From positions 1 to 64,000 of IMG/VR virus record IMGVR_UViG_3300017913_002030: 64,000 bases of DNA, one strand, 5' to 3'. This document shows positions 49,785-58,419 of this stretch, one piece after another. Under the pieces are notes generated by a model. It saw only the letters and a list, made by a program, of their open reading frames with translations. It was not told the origin of the DNA and searched no databases. How positions within the stretch are numbered: the first letter of the stretch is position 1; each line of letters begins with the position of its first letter. The translations under genes were made by a program, and so were the position numbers. The stretch is from a virus (lineage: Duplodnaviria > Caudoviricetes).

Positions 49785-49813
49785 AATCAACTCTCTCATC
49801 ACTTTATGTAGCC

Positions 49814-49878
49814 ATTATATCAAAGCTGACACAGATGTCAACATATTTTGAAAACTTTTTTATGTTAATTTTTCACAA
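49814..49878 (-). promoter_or_regulatory. Early sigma70 promoter TTGACA-16-(TG)TATAAT with the same 29-bp upstream element
   Basis: -10 at 49814-19, -35 at 49836-41; element at 49850-49878. Confidence 0.82.
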
Positions 49879-49879
49879 A

Positions 49880-50041
49880 TTATTCTTTTGGTCTATAGAT
49901 TTCATAAAGACGTTCGTACATTTCTTTATCGAACTCCATATTTTTAAGTCGATACTTGAGATCTTCAATGTAAAACCAAATCGCTAGAAATACAAACCCT
50001 AGTCCTAGAATACCAAAAAACCCAATTAATTCAATCGACAT
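49880..50041 (-). CDS. Small membrane protein
   Basis: MSIELIGFFGILGLGFVFLAIWFYIE. Confidence 0.6.
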   Translation of the reverse strand: MSIELIGFFGILGLGFVFLAIWFYIEDLKYRLKNMEFDKEMYERLYEIYRPKE

Positions 50042-50042
50042 G

Positions 50043-50336
50043 TCATCTCCGCATAGACGCAAGGTCTTTCATCTGTTGTTCGTCGATTACCGGAACGGCG
50101 TTCGACTTGTGCATTGTGCCGATACCCTTTACGAGAGTCCCAGTGTAAGACAGTTTATCAGGCTTGGCAGTTGCACACCCGCCGCTGTCAGCAGAAGGAT
50201 AGTGAACGTCATCACCGCGATAACTAAATGTATTCCTAAGTGGTTTAAACTCCACTGGTTTGCTCTTCTTAGTAGTCCATGCATTGTAAGTCTTTCTCCT
50301 CCCCGATGGGGTGTGTCTCATTGAACCGTGTATCAT
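50043..50336 (-). CDS. Conserved hypothetical protein of T4-like phages
   Basis: YTGTLVKGIGTMHKSNAVPV motif. Confidence 0.75.
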   Translation of the reverse strand: MIHGSMRHTPSGRRKTYNAWTTKKSKPVEFKPLRNTFSYRGDDVHYPSADSGGCATAKPDKLSYTGTLVKGIGTMHKSNAVPVIDEQQMKDLASMRR

Positions 50337-50635
50337 GAGTCTCTCTCTATAAAAACTTTAAGGGTATGACCGTCGTCTTGAACCGATAGATTGACGGACT
50401 GATCTTCTTTCAGATAGTTGGTGTAACTTCTGCCATTTTCATCAATCACCTCTACGCGATTAATGTCGGACAACTCCTTCTCCATACGACGTAGTATCTG
50501 TTGCATCGCACCCAACTCCGCAGTTAGGAAATGCAACTTAGTATTAGGCTCGGTGTTGTTGATGGGCAGACTTCGAATCTGACTCATCTTATCATCGATC
50601 TCTTCCTTGACAATCTTAAGCACTTGCTCTTTCAT
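50333..50635 (-). CDS. Hypothetical protein
   Basis: 100-aa ORF overlapping both neighbours. Confidence 0.6.
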   Translation of the reverse strand: MKEQVLKIVKEEIDDKMSQIRSLPINNTEPNTKLHFLTAELGAMQQILRRMEKELSDINRVEVIDENGRSYTNYLKEDQSVNLSVQDDGHTLKVFIERDS

Positions 50636-51182
50636 TCTTTACCTTAAACCATTCTGGTACAGGACGATTAGTCCATGACATAACAAACCGATCTTGTTTG
50701 GTCTGATAGAATGCACGATAAGACTCTACTGGACATTCTAACATACACTCAGGATTAGAACCCATAGCCAACTTGAACGGCGTACGCTCGACACGTGGTA
50801 TACGCGCCGGCGGAGTGAGTAATATATCACGTAGAAGAGTGTCTGTCAAGTGCCTCTTACCATATCGATACATATACTCATCACATAGGGCAATGAAATG
50901 TTTGTAGTGCCAGATGTAGTTACATATGGATTCCATCGTCCAGACCGTGCATGGATGATAATGATGTACTGCCTTGTATAGGGTATCATCTAAAGTAGGA
51001 TGATCATAATATTTGATCATAGTTTTGCCGGACTTTGACGGTCTACGGTATACTTCACCGTCTAACATACGATGTGCAGTTGATAACATCTGTGCAGATT
51101 CGACAATCATTTTAACAACATGTTTGTCACACTGCTCTTGTGCAGCAATTATTGGATCTTCACTGAGTACAAAAATGTTCAT
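50616..51182 (-). CDS. Pyrimidine-dimer DNA glycosylase (DenV/Pyr_excise)-like protein
   Basis: MNIF.L..DP..AAQ..CDKHVVKM.VESAQMLSTAHR; H..HPCTVW; V..YR.FY. Confidence 0.75.
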   Translation of the reverse strand: MNIFVLSEDPIIAAQEQCDKHVVKMIVESAQMLSTAHRMLDGEVYRRPSKSGKTMIKYYDHPTLDDTLYKAVHHYHPCTVWTMESICNYIWHYKHFIALCDEYMYRYGKRHLTDTLLRDILLTPPARIPRVERTPFKLAMGSNPECMLECPVESYRAFYQTKQDRFVMSWTNRPVPEWFKVKNERASA

Positions 51183-51210
51183 ATACTATTATCCCCCATT
51201 AGTTGAACAT

Positions 51211-51239
51211 ATTGTATCACGACTTTTTTAATCTGTCAA
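51211..51239 (-). promoter_or_regulatory. Early sigma70 promoter TTGACA-17-TACAAT
   Basis: Hexamers upstream of the DenV-like gene. Confidence 0.75.
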
Positions 51240-51650
51240 ATTTTTTTTCAGCAAAGATACTGTCATTTTATATACGACTTCTATAGGTATGTAATGCCAG
51301 TAGAATTTTTTATGACCAATCTCTTCCATCTTAGACCACGGTACAAACTCACGAGTCCAGTTGTCAGCATATAGATCACCTATTTTCAAAATAACGTGGC
51401 CATTCCCGTTCTTCGTGATAACTCTCTGTATCTTGGCCCTACCCAAGAAAAGATTTTTCCAGAAGTTCCACATAGATTTTTCGCTTAGAAGCCAAAGTAG
51501 TGTTAGTGCATAGTCTTCACAGTCACCCAGATAAGGTTCTTCTTTCATTATGCGCCACTTATCGAAACCGTATACTTTAGTGTCATATACATACATGTAA
51601 GTGCTGTTTAATCTTTTTATATGTTTTTCTTTGTTTTCGAGGTCTAACAT
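51228..51650 (-). CDS. Transglutaminase-like cysteine peptidase (BTLCP-type)
   Basis: AGGAG RBS; GDCEDYALT...GHVIL...YADN gives a Cys-His-Asp triad. Confidence 0.75.
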   Translation of the reverse strand: MLDLENKEKHIKRLNSTYMYVYDTKVYGFDKWRIMKEEPYLGDCEDYALTLLWLLSEKSMWNFWKNLFLGRAKIQRVITKNGNGHVILKIGDLYADNWTREFVPWSKMEEIGHKKFYWHYIPIEVVYKMTVSLLKKNLTD

Positions 51651-51690
51651 AAATTTCTCCTGTCTAAACGTATTTAGAATCCTCAACTGG

Positions 51691-51698
51691 TATAAATA
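51691..51698 (+). promoter_or_regulatory. T4-type late promoter TATAAATA
   Basis: 5 bp before ATG 51704. Confidence 0.7.
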
Positions 51699-51703
51699 AA
51701 ACT

Positions 51704-51958
51704 ATGTCTAACGAATTATTTGATTTTGGTTTCACTGCTGTAGATGAGTCTGAACTAGAGGCTTTTCAACAACTTGAAGCGACGACTGAGATTGCAGATG
51801 ATGCTCAAGAGCGTCTAGATAATCTATACAATGCAATTCAACCTTTGTTGACCAATCTAAAGATGAATCCTGAAAAAGAATACATCTTATGGCCTAATCG
51901 TCTTGAGAAAATCGAACAATTCGAGACATTCATTCAAAACATCTATAAGGGATCCTAA
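51704..51958 (+). CDS. Hypothetical acidic protein
   Basis: FDFGFTAVDE; LLTNLKMNPEKEYILWPNR. Confidence 0.75.
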   Translation: MSNELFDFGFTAVDESELEAFQQLEATTEIADDAQERLDNLYNAIQPLLTNLKMNPEKEYILWPNRLEKIEQFETFIQNIYKGS

Positions 51959-51961
51959 CCA

Positions 51962-52813
51962 ATGTTTTTTAACGATAAAGATGAAACTATTCTAAAGGGC
52001 GCCGGCACAGAATTTTTTATTTCTGGTGAAGAAAAAATAGGCCTGTCTAGACATTTAAATTCTGTAGCTAAAGGCGCTACTGTCAAAAAAGGTAAGTATC
52101 TACGTTACAAGAGTGAAGAACTAAACGTTATTGAGGAGGCATTAAATCGTGCTCCTATGTTCTGCAATGCACTTGTGTCTCGTGGATATAAAAACATTCT
52201 ATTTGTTGGTCACTACAATGATCATCAAACACATTGGATGTTAGACAAGTTTGCTGGTCGTATGATTGATGTTCTGCCAGAAGAACGTGAAGATATGCAA
52301 ACCTTTCCTGATCTAAACATTGTATCTCAGTTCATTCCGCTTGTTTTAAGAATGATGCGATATGATGTATCTTTTGTCATTCCACGACCACCAGAATCAA
52401 AGCATAAGGGTGCCATGCATACTTTGTATGAGTCGGTAGGAATGATTGAGAACTCAATCGCTTGTTCTCAGCAGTATAAGCACGGTCAAGATTCATGGTC
52501 ACTAAACGGTGATCACGAACTATTTGATGCTGTGGTTTTCTTAGGCGTGCCTATGGTAGACAAGGGCGTAGGTTTCGAGGAAGATCAAGTACGTGAAATC
52601 TTTGCGCCTATGTGTACAGAAGATTTTGAGATGGTTGACATTTACTATGGTCTACCATCTTCAGTGAAGTGGTTTAATGGAGAAGAAAAAGACTCTACAA
52701 CTATGGTAGATGTTGCGTTCTCTATTCGTTCAGAATGGGATGATGATGTTAAAACCGGCGGTGGCCGTCCAGAAGAATACGAGATCATGAAAAAGATGAT
52801 CAAAGTATTCTAG
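51962..52813 (+). CDS. Hypothetical protein (alpha/beta, late-expressed)
   Basis: 283-aa ORF in a two-gene operon with a terminator. Confidence 0.75.
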   Translation: MFFNDKDETILKGAGTEFFISGEEKIGLSRHLNSVAKGATVKKGKYLRYKSEELNVIEEALNRAPMFCNALVSRGYKNILFVGHYNDHQTHWMLDKFAGRMIDVLPEEREDMQTFPDLNIVSQFIPLVLRMMRYDVSFVIPRPPESKHKGAMHTLYESVGMIENSIACSQQYKHGQDSWSLNGDHELFDAVVFLGVPMVDKGVGFEEDQVREIFAPMCTEDFEMVDIYYGLPSSVKWFNGEEKDSTTMVDVAFSIRSEWDDDVKTGGGRPEEYEIMKKMIKVF

Positions 52814-52839
52814 GAACTTACCCGACAGTAAGAAACACG

Positions 52840-52863
52840 AAGGGGGCGTAAGCCCCCTTTTTT
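52840..52863 (+). terminator. Intrinsic terminator
   Basis: agggggc-gtaa-gccccct followed by a T-run. Confidence 0.88.
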
Positions 52864-52977
52864 ATATCCACAATAAAACTGTACCTGCAAGTGCACACCA
52901 TATTAAAACATTTGGTCGCATTTGCCACACGTACTTAAAATCATCCCATGTGTACTTGATAAATTTCTTTAGATATT

Positions 52978-53631
52978 TTATTCGATCCATTCTTTTGGTG
53001 TCCCCAACTCGATGCGAACATTCTCTGGAAGTTTGATTTTGATGTCAGAGTGTTCGTGATGTATTATAAATTGTACGTTACTAAACTCTTTAAAAAAGTA
53101 TCCCCAGATAGGTCTCCAGTTTGACGCCATACGATGAACGTTTAGTGGCGATCTATCGCTTTTCAGAAAGGTGTCACTAAAACTATCTAGATTCATATCA
53201 AACATTGCATCGAATCCGTATAGATGTACTTCAGTTGCGTTCATACCTCGACACGCATAGTCTACTGCCATATGACCACACGAATAATTTGATGCGGCCT
53301 CTTCTAGTTTCTGGCCAGGAAGTTGTGCGTATGGTGGCACGTATGTGTGAAACTTTTTGATGTTTTGAGAATACTTTAGATAAAATGATGCCCGTTTTTC
53401 CATCCAACGTCTAGGTCTTTTGCCTAGAACCCAGTCGTACATACCTAATTCAACTTCACCTTTATCAAGTGCAATCATCATTTTAAAGTCAACCATACAA
53501 GATGCAAACACTTCGTTTGGCATGAACTTGTATGGTGGCATGTTACAGACAAGAAGATCGCCTGGCGTTCCTCTTTCAAATAAATTGTACCCAGGCCCAT
53601 TGCCTAATACATTGACTCTTCTAGTTTTCAT
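52978..53631 (-). CDS. GT29/Maf(DUF115)-like glycosyltransferase-fold protein
   Basis: VNVLGNGPG; SCGHMAVDYAC...EVHLYGFD. Confidence 0.6.
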   Translation of the reverse strand: MKTRRVNVLGNGPGYNLFERGTPGDLLVCNMPPYKFMPNEVFASCMVDFKMMIALDKGEVELGMYDWVLGKRPRRWMEKRASFYLKYSQNIKKFHTYVPPYAQLPGQKLEEAASNYSCGHMAVDYACRGMNATEVHLYGFDAMFDMNLDSFSDTFLKSDRSPLNVHRMASNWRPIWGYFFKEFSNVQFIIHHEHSDIKIKLPENVRIELGTPKEWIE

Positions 53632-53999
53632 CTCTCACCTTCTTTATGATATGACCCATAAATGCAATGCGCCAGTTCATGTCCCCATGTAGAGAGATCG
53701 CTAGTGTCTCTTACGCCACTTGGTTCTACTACGTATATATCACAACGACTAACAACAGTAAGATCATCTTTGGGGTGGGCCCATCTCGCTAGTCCTTCAA
53801 CCTCAGGTCCGTTATTATACTTCTTTTCTCTTAGAAACTTATTCAACTCAGACTGAGTTTTGAATGTTGTCACTTTGATATCGATGTACTGACCAGTAAC
53901 GTCATGCGTTTTAGTGATGGTTTTTTCAGATATGTCGCACGACATAAGACCAAACAGAATTAAGACTGCTAATATTTTATTTTTCATATCTTCGAGCAT
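53628..53999 (-). CDS. Lipoprotein with HExxH motif
   Basis: Lipobox-like FGLMSC; WGHELAHC.YG.YH. Confidence 0.65.
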   Translation of the reverse strand: MLEDMKNKILAVLILFGLMSCDISEKTITKTHDVTGQYIDIKVTTFKTQSELNKFLREKKYNNGPEVEGLARWAHPKDDLTVVSRCDIYVVEPSGVRDTSDLSTWGHELAHCIYGSYHKEGER

Positions 54000-54312
54000 G
54001 ACCTTCGTGTGTCAACCAAGAATTGAGATTTTTACCGTCAATAAAAATTTCGCCTAGCATTCGTCCGTACTTATCGTCTTTATACGTTTTCAGAATAATT
54101 TTATCACCAACAGGTGCGACACTTTCCACAAACTCTTTTGCAGCGAAACCTTTTGCCTTCTCTTCAAGATCTCTTGTTCGCGTTTCGTACGCATCAATAC
54201 CATACAAACGAATTCTTTGTTTTTTGTAGATAAGACCAAAACCAAGATCGATATCTACGTCTACTGTATCGCCGTCTACCCAGCGAATAATTGTTGCTTT
54301 ATATTCGTACAT
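53977..54312 (-). CDS. Thermonuclease (SNase-like)
   Basis: VDGDTVDV.IDLGF...RIRLYGIDA.E; KYGRMLGEI. Confidence 0.88.
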   Translation of the reverse strand: MYEYKATIIRWVDGDTVDVDIDLGFGLIYKKQRIRLYGIDAYETRTRDLEEKAKGFAAKEFVESVAPVGDKIILKTYKDDKYGRMLGEIFIDGKNLNSWLTHEGHARRYEK

Positions 54313-54528
54313 TTACTCCGAATCAGGAACGATCGAGTAAGCGACCTCCAAAATATCTGTATATTCGGCGACCTGTTTTAACTCGTGTTCCAATGCCTCC
54401 ATTACATCCGAGTGTTCCCCGATGCCCGAAGGATTCGTAAGATACACTTCTACGTTAGCTTTATGCAATGCAATCTTGCCTTTCATATGCTCGATTGTTG
54501 CGTTGATCATTCTATTTCTCAAACTCAT
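54313..54528 (-). CDS. Conserved hypothetical protein
   Basis: HKANVEVYL.NP.GIGEHSD..EA motif. Confidence 0.75.
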   Translation of the reverse strand: MSLRNRMINATIEHMKGKIALHKANVEVYLTNPSGIGEHSDVMEALEHELKQVAEYTDILEVAYSIVPDSE

Positions 54529-54989
54529 AAGTTACCTCTTGCTTTCTCAATTGCACGAGAACCAAACCAAAACGAAATGATTGCAGCAAAAATTGCCTTG
54601 GTGTCATCATCCCATAAAATGTTTAACGCTTGCGTTAAAGACATTCCGCTGGTTATCGCTTCTTGTAATAGTGTAATTTCAATTGCAGCGAACAGTATGA
54701 AAAATGCATACGTGATCACCGGTCTTACTGATTTCTGTAAAGCAGACATAAATCCTGTGCCAGACGAAATCGCAGTATCGTGTTCAAGTAGGGCTTTCTG
54801 TTCTTCATGAAGACCCATCTCTTGAAATTTTTTAATTTCATGGTCGTACCCCTTCATCTGAAGTTCGGCCATCTTTTCCATCTTCTTTAGTTCGAACTCC
54901 ATTGATCTCTTGGATTTATAGTGTTCTGTAATCGCAGGTACAACTGAACTGCCAAAACCAAGTATCGAACCAATTAAACCACTTAACAT
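54525..54989 (-). CDS. Holin-like membrane protein (3TM GTA-holin-like)
   Basis: SVRPVITY.FF...IISFWFGSR. Confidence 0.6.
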   Translation of the reverse strand: MLSGLIGSILGFGSSVVPAITEHYKSKRSMEFELKKMEKMAELQMKGYDHEIKKFQEMGLHEEQKALLEHDTAISSGTGFMSALQKSVRPVITYAFFILFAAIEITLLQEAITSGMSLTQALNILWDDDTKAIFAAIISFWFGSRAIEKARGNL

Positions 54990-54990
54990 A

Positions 54991-55671
54991 TCATTTCCTC
55001 CAATACTTATTCAACCACTCTTGTGGTTCATAAGTTGCCATGGGTGTTTTCACTGTTTCAGTCGTTGCTTGATAAACACTTGGTCGACCGTGAAAACAAA
55101 TAATAGAAGTACCCTTATATTTATCTGGGTATACATCATACTTATATGATTTTATCTGTTGCGGAAACACTCGTTGTAACAACACGCGTTTATGTGTGGG
55201 CACGACTGTCTCTAGATATTCACCGTCGCCTCGAAATGCAGATACCGCAAGACCCAGTCTAAAATTAAAATCACCCCAGATCCAATCTGCCTCTGTCGAT
55301 TCCCATGCCATTACTCCACTTTGCAGTTTACCCTTGAGATGTGGTTGATGTGAGTTAACACATCCCAGATCCTCGATACCAGCAAACGGCCCGTCGTATT
55401 GGAGTAACCAATCTATATTTCCTACTATCACAGTATCTAGATCTAAATACACGATGCGCCCCTCTATTCGACCATCGAACAGTTGCATTTTGTTCCACCA
55501 CCCCTCTAGACCGGGACGAAGAATCAAAGTGTCTACATCGTCTAGTACTTGATCAGTCAGACATACAAATTTATGTGGTACGGTTGTATTACGTTCAACT
55601 GAAGCTTTCAGATTATAGACGTAATCTTTTGAAAACTTGTTACCCCAGTACACGCAGGCGACAGTAACCAT
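54991..55671 (-). CDS. GT-A fold glycosyltransferase (GT8-like)
   Basis: CVYWGNKF...FVCLTD; GWWNKMQLF; YLDLDTVIVGNID (DxD); SIICFHGRP. Confidence 0.8.
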   Translation of the reverse strand: MVTVACVYWGNKFSKDYVYNLKASVERNTTVPHKFVCLTDQVLDDVDTLILRPGLEGWWNKMQLFDGRIEGRIVYLDLDTVIVGNIDWLLQYDGPFAGIEDLGCVNSHQPHLKGKLQSGVMAWESTEADWIWGDFNFRLGLAVSAFRGDGEYLETVVPTHKRVLLQRVFPQQIKSYKYDVYPDKYKGTSIICFHGRPSVYQATTETVKTPMATYEPQEWLNKYWRK

Positions 55672-55686
55672 GATAAAACCTCAGAT

Positions 55687-55721
55687 AAAAAAAAGACGGG
55701 TAGGTTTCCCATCCCGTCTTT
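55687..55721 (-). terminator. Intrinsic terminator
   Basis: aaagacggg...cccgtcttt stem with a U-run on the minus strand. Confidence 0.75.
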
Positions 55722-55741
55722 ATATAGTTAGTGTTTAAATC

Positions 55742-56443
55742 TTACAGAGACGCGACAAACTCATCAATTTCTTCGATCTGAGAACGATTCAAGAAGTGCT
55801 TGTATACGCCTACTGCGTCTAGCAAACCTTTTTCGACAGCGCCTTCACGTAGATCACGTGCCTTACTTTCTTGCACAACAAGATCAATTTGATCTAGAGA
55901 AATTTCTCTTTTAGCCTGACCGAACGAGCCAAGTTGAGGATTGTCTTGTCGTGGCAACATAAGATCTACCAACTTAGTCAAGAACACCTGAGGCTCTTTC
56001 GCCATCTCTTCATAAGAGAATGTATGTGCAAAAGACATATCGGCAATATCATTTTCAAATTCTTCGATTAGACTAAATCCCATAGTGCTTGACTTAAATT
56101 CATCCCATGTTAGTTCAGGTGCAAATGTTTGCCAAGTTTGAACCAGAGAATCACGATGATCGCGAGTCATACGAATGAAGTTAGATGAAGGAACACCAGA
56201 TAGCGTTTCTGTTGTCAATGACCAGTCATCTGCTGGGGAATGACCTAAAGACGTTGCAATCAATGGCTTCCAAATATAATTATAGGCCTGAGATGCAATG
56301 ACAAGATTAGAATCATCTGTCTTTAGATCTTGTGCAATACGAACATACATGCCGTACATATTTTGTGCAAACTCAGCACCTGAACATGACTGACCTACAA
56401 TGAAATTATCATCTAAAGATACAAGTGAGTGAATCTCTTCCAT
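55742..56443 (-). CDS. Sulfotransferase-fold protein with degenerate PAPS motifs
   Basis: IVGQSCSG (cf. PKSGT), RDHRDSLV (cf. RDPRD), SYEEM..EP, G.YK..L...QIEEID. Confidence 0.55.
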   Translation of the reverse strand: MEEIHSLVSLDDNFIVGQSCSGAEFAQNMYGMYVRIAQDLKTDDSNLVIASQAYNYIWKPLIATSLGHSPADDWSLTTETLSGVPSSNFIRMTRDHRDSLVQTWQTFAPELTWDEFKSSTMGFSLIEEFENDIADMSFAHTFSYEEMAKEPQVFLTKLVDLMLPRQDNPQLGSFGQAKREISLDQIDLVVQESKARDLREGAVEKGLLDAVGVYKHFLNRSQIEEIDEFVASL

Positions 56444-56494
56444 TTGTTGTTATTCCTCTATTTTAGACCGCGGTCCAATTTGATTTGATGAAAC

Positions 56495-56502
56495 TATTTA
56501 TA
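56495..56502 (-). promoter_or_regulatory. T4-type late promoter TATAAATA
   Basis: tatttata upstream of 55742..56443. Confidence 0.75.
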
Positions 56503-56520
56503 CTATTTTTTGTTTCAGAA

Positions 56521-57429
56521 TTAACTAACCGACCAAAAACTTTTATCAATTTTTTCAGTAAAAGATTTTAACCATAGATCTATATCACCCGCGAACTCTT
56601 CGAACGTATTAAGTCTAGAATTTTGCTCGAACCAGTAAACCTTCAAATCTTTTGTAATGCCGCCCCCTATAGTTCCCTCATAGTTACCACCAAGAGTTAC
56701 GATATAGTCTAGCCAAGACTCAGATTTCTCTTTGAATACTTCATATTGATCTGAAGTCAAATCTTCTATCCAAGTGCCTTTTCTCCAATCTTGAAGCACT
56801 TTGCTATCAATTTCTTTATAAGAATCCACTTCCCCGTGAAGTCCATGTATCCCAGTAATAGTATAAGAGTTATTGGAGATTCTAAATTTTGTGTATGCTT
56901 GAACTTCAAAATCCATTCCTTTCTCGACATATGCGGGAAAAGATCTTCCTTCGTTTAACGCAATAAACGTTCTATTCTGTTCATCGACATCTCTTTCTGG
57001 AGTCACTTTCCACGCCTGACACCAAATATCTTGATATTTAGACTTTAAAAATGTCGTGTAAGGAAATTTAGGCATTTCATGCATATTACATTCAGCAACT
57101 ACTTCTGGTAATTCGAACCCACACTCCCACGCTCTTTGTCGAGTCTCCCACTTACAAAGTTCTAGATTCGCGCTTTCACGTGTGTTCCCAAAATAAGTGT
57201 AATTGTCAGAGGAAGGTAATATCAGAGGTGGCATGTTATTCACAACAACATCGGGTGAAAACTTGCGTATCTCTTCTACCGACCAATCTATCGCATCCGG
57301 ACTTCCTTGATATATGTTTTTACCTTTTCGGGATCTATTCGTGATTAACTTATATGCGTAACCTTTTTCTTCTAACTCAGGTATAAGAGATTCGTAAGTA
57401 TCTACTAACGAAAACAATAATATTCTCAA
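56521..57429 (-). CDS. ATP-grasp-fold (PurD-like) protein
   Basis: SANLELCKWETRQ...GFELP; YVEK...E; WFEQNSR (cf. ExNxR). Confidence 0.6.
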   Translation of the reverse strand: MRILLFSLVDTYESLIPELEEKGYAYKLITNRSRKGKNIYQGSPDAIDWSVEEIRKFSPDVVVNNMPPLILPSSDNYTYFGNTRESANLELCKWETRQRAWECGFELPEVVAECNMHEMPKFPYTTFLKSKYQDIWCQAWKVTPERDVDEQNRTFIALNEGRSFPAYVEKGMDFEVQAYTKFRISNNSYTITGIHGLHGEVDSYKEIDSKVLQDWRKGTWIEDLTSDQYEVFKEKSESWLDYIVTLGGNYEGTIGGGITKDLKVYWFEQNSRLNTFEEFAGDIDLWLKSFTEKIDKSFWSVS

Positions 57430-57432
57430 AAC

Positions 57433-58419
57433 TCAATCTCTATAATCATTGAGTGTAAAGTTTGTTCCATGCATTTTCATCAAATCACGTTCATGATTAG
57501 TATAGACCAACACTTCTGGATCATCAATTAGGAAGTCACAGTTCTTACAGAAATCTGGATAATCTCCGGTACGATGTTGTTCACGTAGTTTCTCGTATTC
57601 TTCACCAAAGAAGATGTCAAGAATATTATCTTCGGAACAATGTCCCAGTACGGCTTCTTCGTCACGACCAAGCACTTGACAGCAAGGGTGTACTGCACCT
57701 GTTTCGCCTTCTAATCCGCCAGCACGAATCACTACGTCTGGTGAGAATGGTCGACCACACGTCTTTACTTTGCCCTCACGCGCATTATCACCAATCTCAT
57801 AAACACCTGACCAGTTGTGCATCTTCCAGATCTCTGTCTTGACACCCAACTCATCAACGAGCGATTTGTACTTCTCTAGTTCTTCATCAATGTTGTCATT
57901 GTCTGTGATCAAGTGGTACGTCGATACAACACAGTCGGAACCAGACTCGTTTACATAGTCAACCATCTCTTGAATGTTGCGTTTGATCTGCGCGTAGTGC
58001 CCACCCACGGCGTTGTACATCCATTTGGTGTAGTCTTGTTCGTCTGCGCCAATGAATGAAAAACGATAGAAGTCTAGTCCCGCATCGACACAGTCGCGCA
58101 TGTACTGACCTTCCATCTTAAATCCGTTAGAGAAAATAAATGCCTTCGCGCCATACTTCTTCACTACCTTAATGTACTCAGGTAGGTTCTTCGCCATCGT
58201 CGCTTCACCAGAACCGTCTAAGTTGACAACGTTCAAGCCATACTGTGCACAGTCAGCGACGTACTTTTCAAACTCATCCAGTTTCATGATACGACGAAAC
58301 CCTTTGTGGCGGCCGCCTTCTCGTAAATCTTGTGGGCACATACTGCACGAGTAGTTACATCCACCCGCGACTTCGATCACTGCACGATCAATTTGAAATG
58401 TATCTCTAGTCATTTCCAT
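57433..58419 (-). CDS. Radical SAM enzyme with SPASM/twitch domain
   Basis: CNYSCSMC; GSGEA; C-term CGRPF...PCC...C.NC. Confidence 0.9.
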   Translation of the reverse strand: MEMTRDTFQIDRAVIEVAGGCNYSCSMCPQDLREGGRHKGFRRIMKLDEFEKYVADCAQYGLNVVNLDGSGEATMAKNLPEYIKVVKKYGAKAFIFSNGFKMEGQYMRDCVDAGLDFYRFSFIGADEQDYTKWMYNAVGGHYAQIKRNIQEMVDYVNESGSDCVVSTYHLITDNDNIDEELEKYKSLVDELGVKTEIWKMHNWSGVYEIGDNAREGKVKTCGRPFSPDVVIRAGGLEGETGAVHPCCQVLGRDEEAVLGHCSEDNILDIFFGEEYEKLREQHRTGDYPDFCKNCDFLIDDPEVLVYTNHERDLMKMHGTNFTLNDYRD

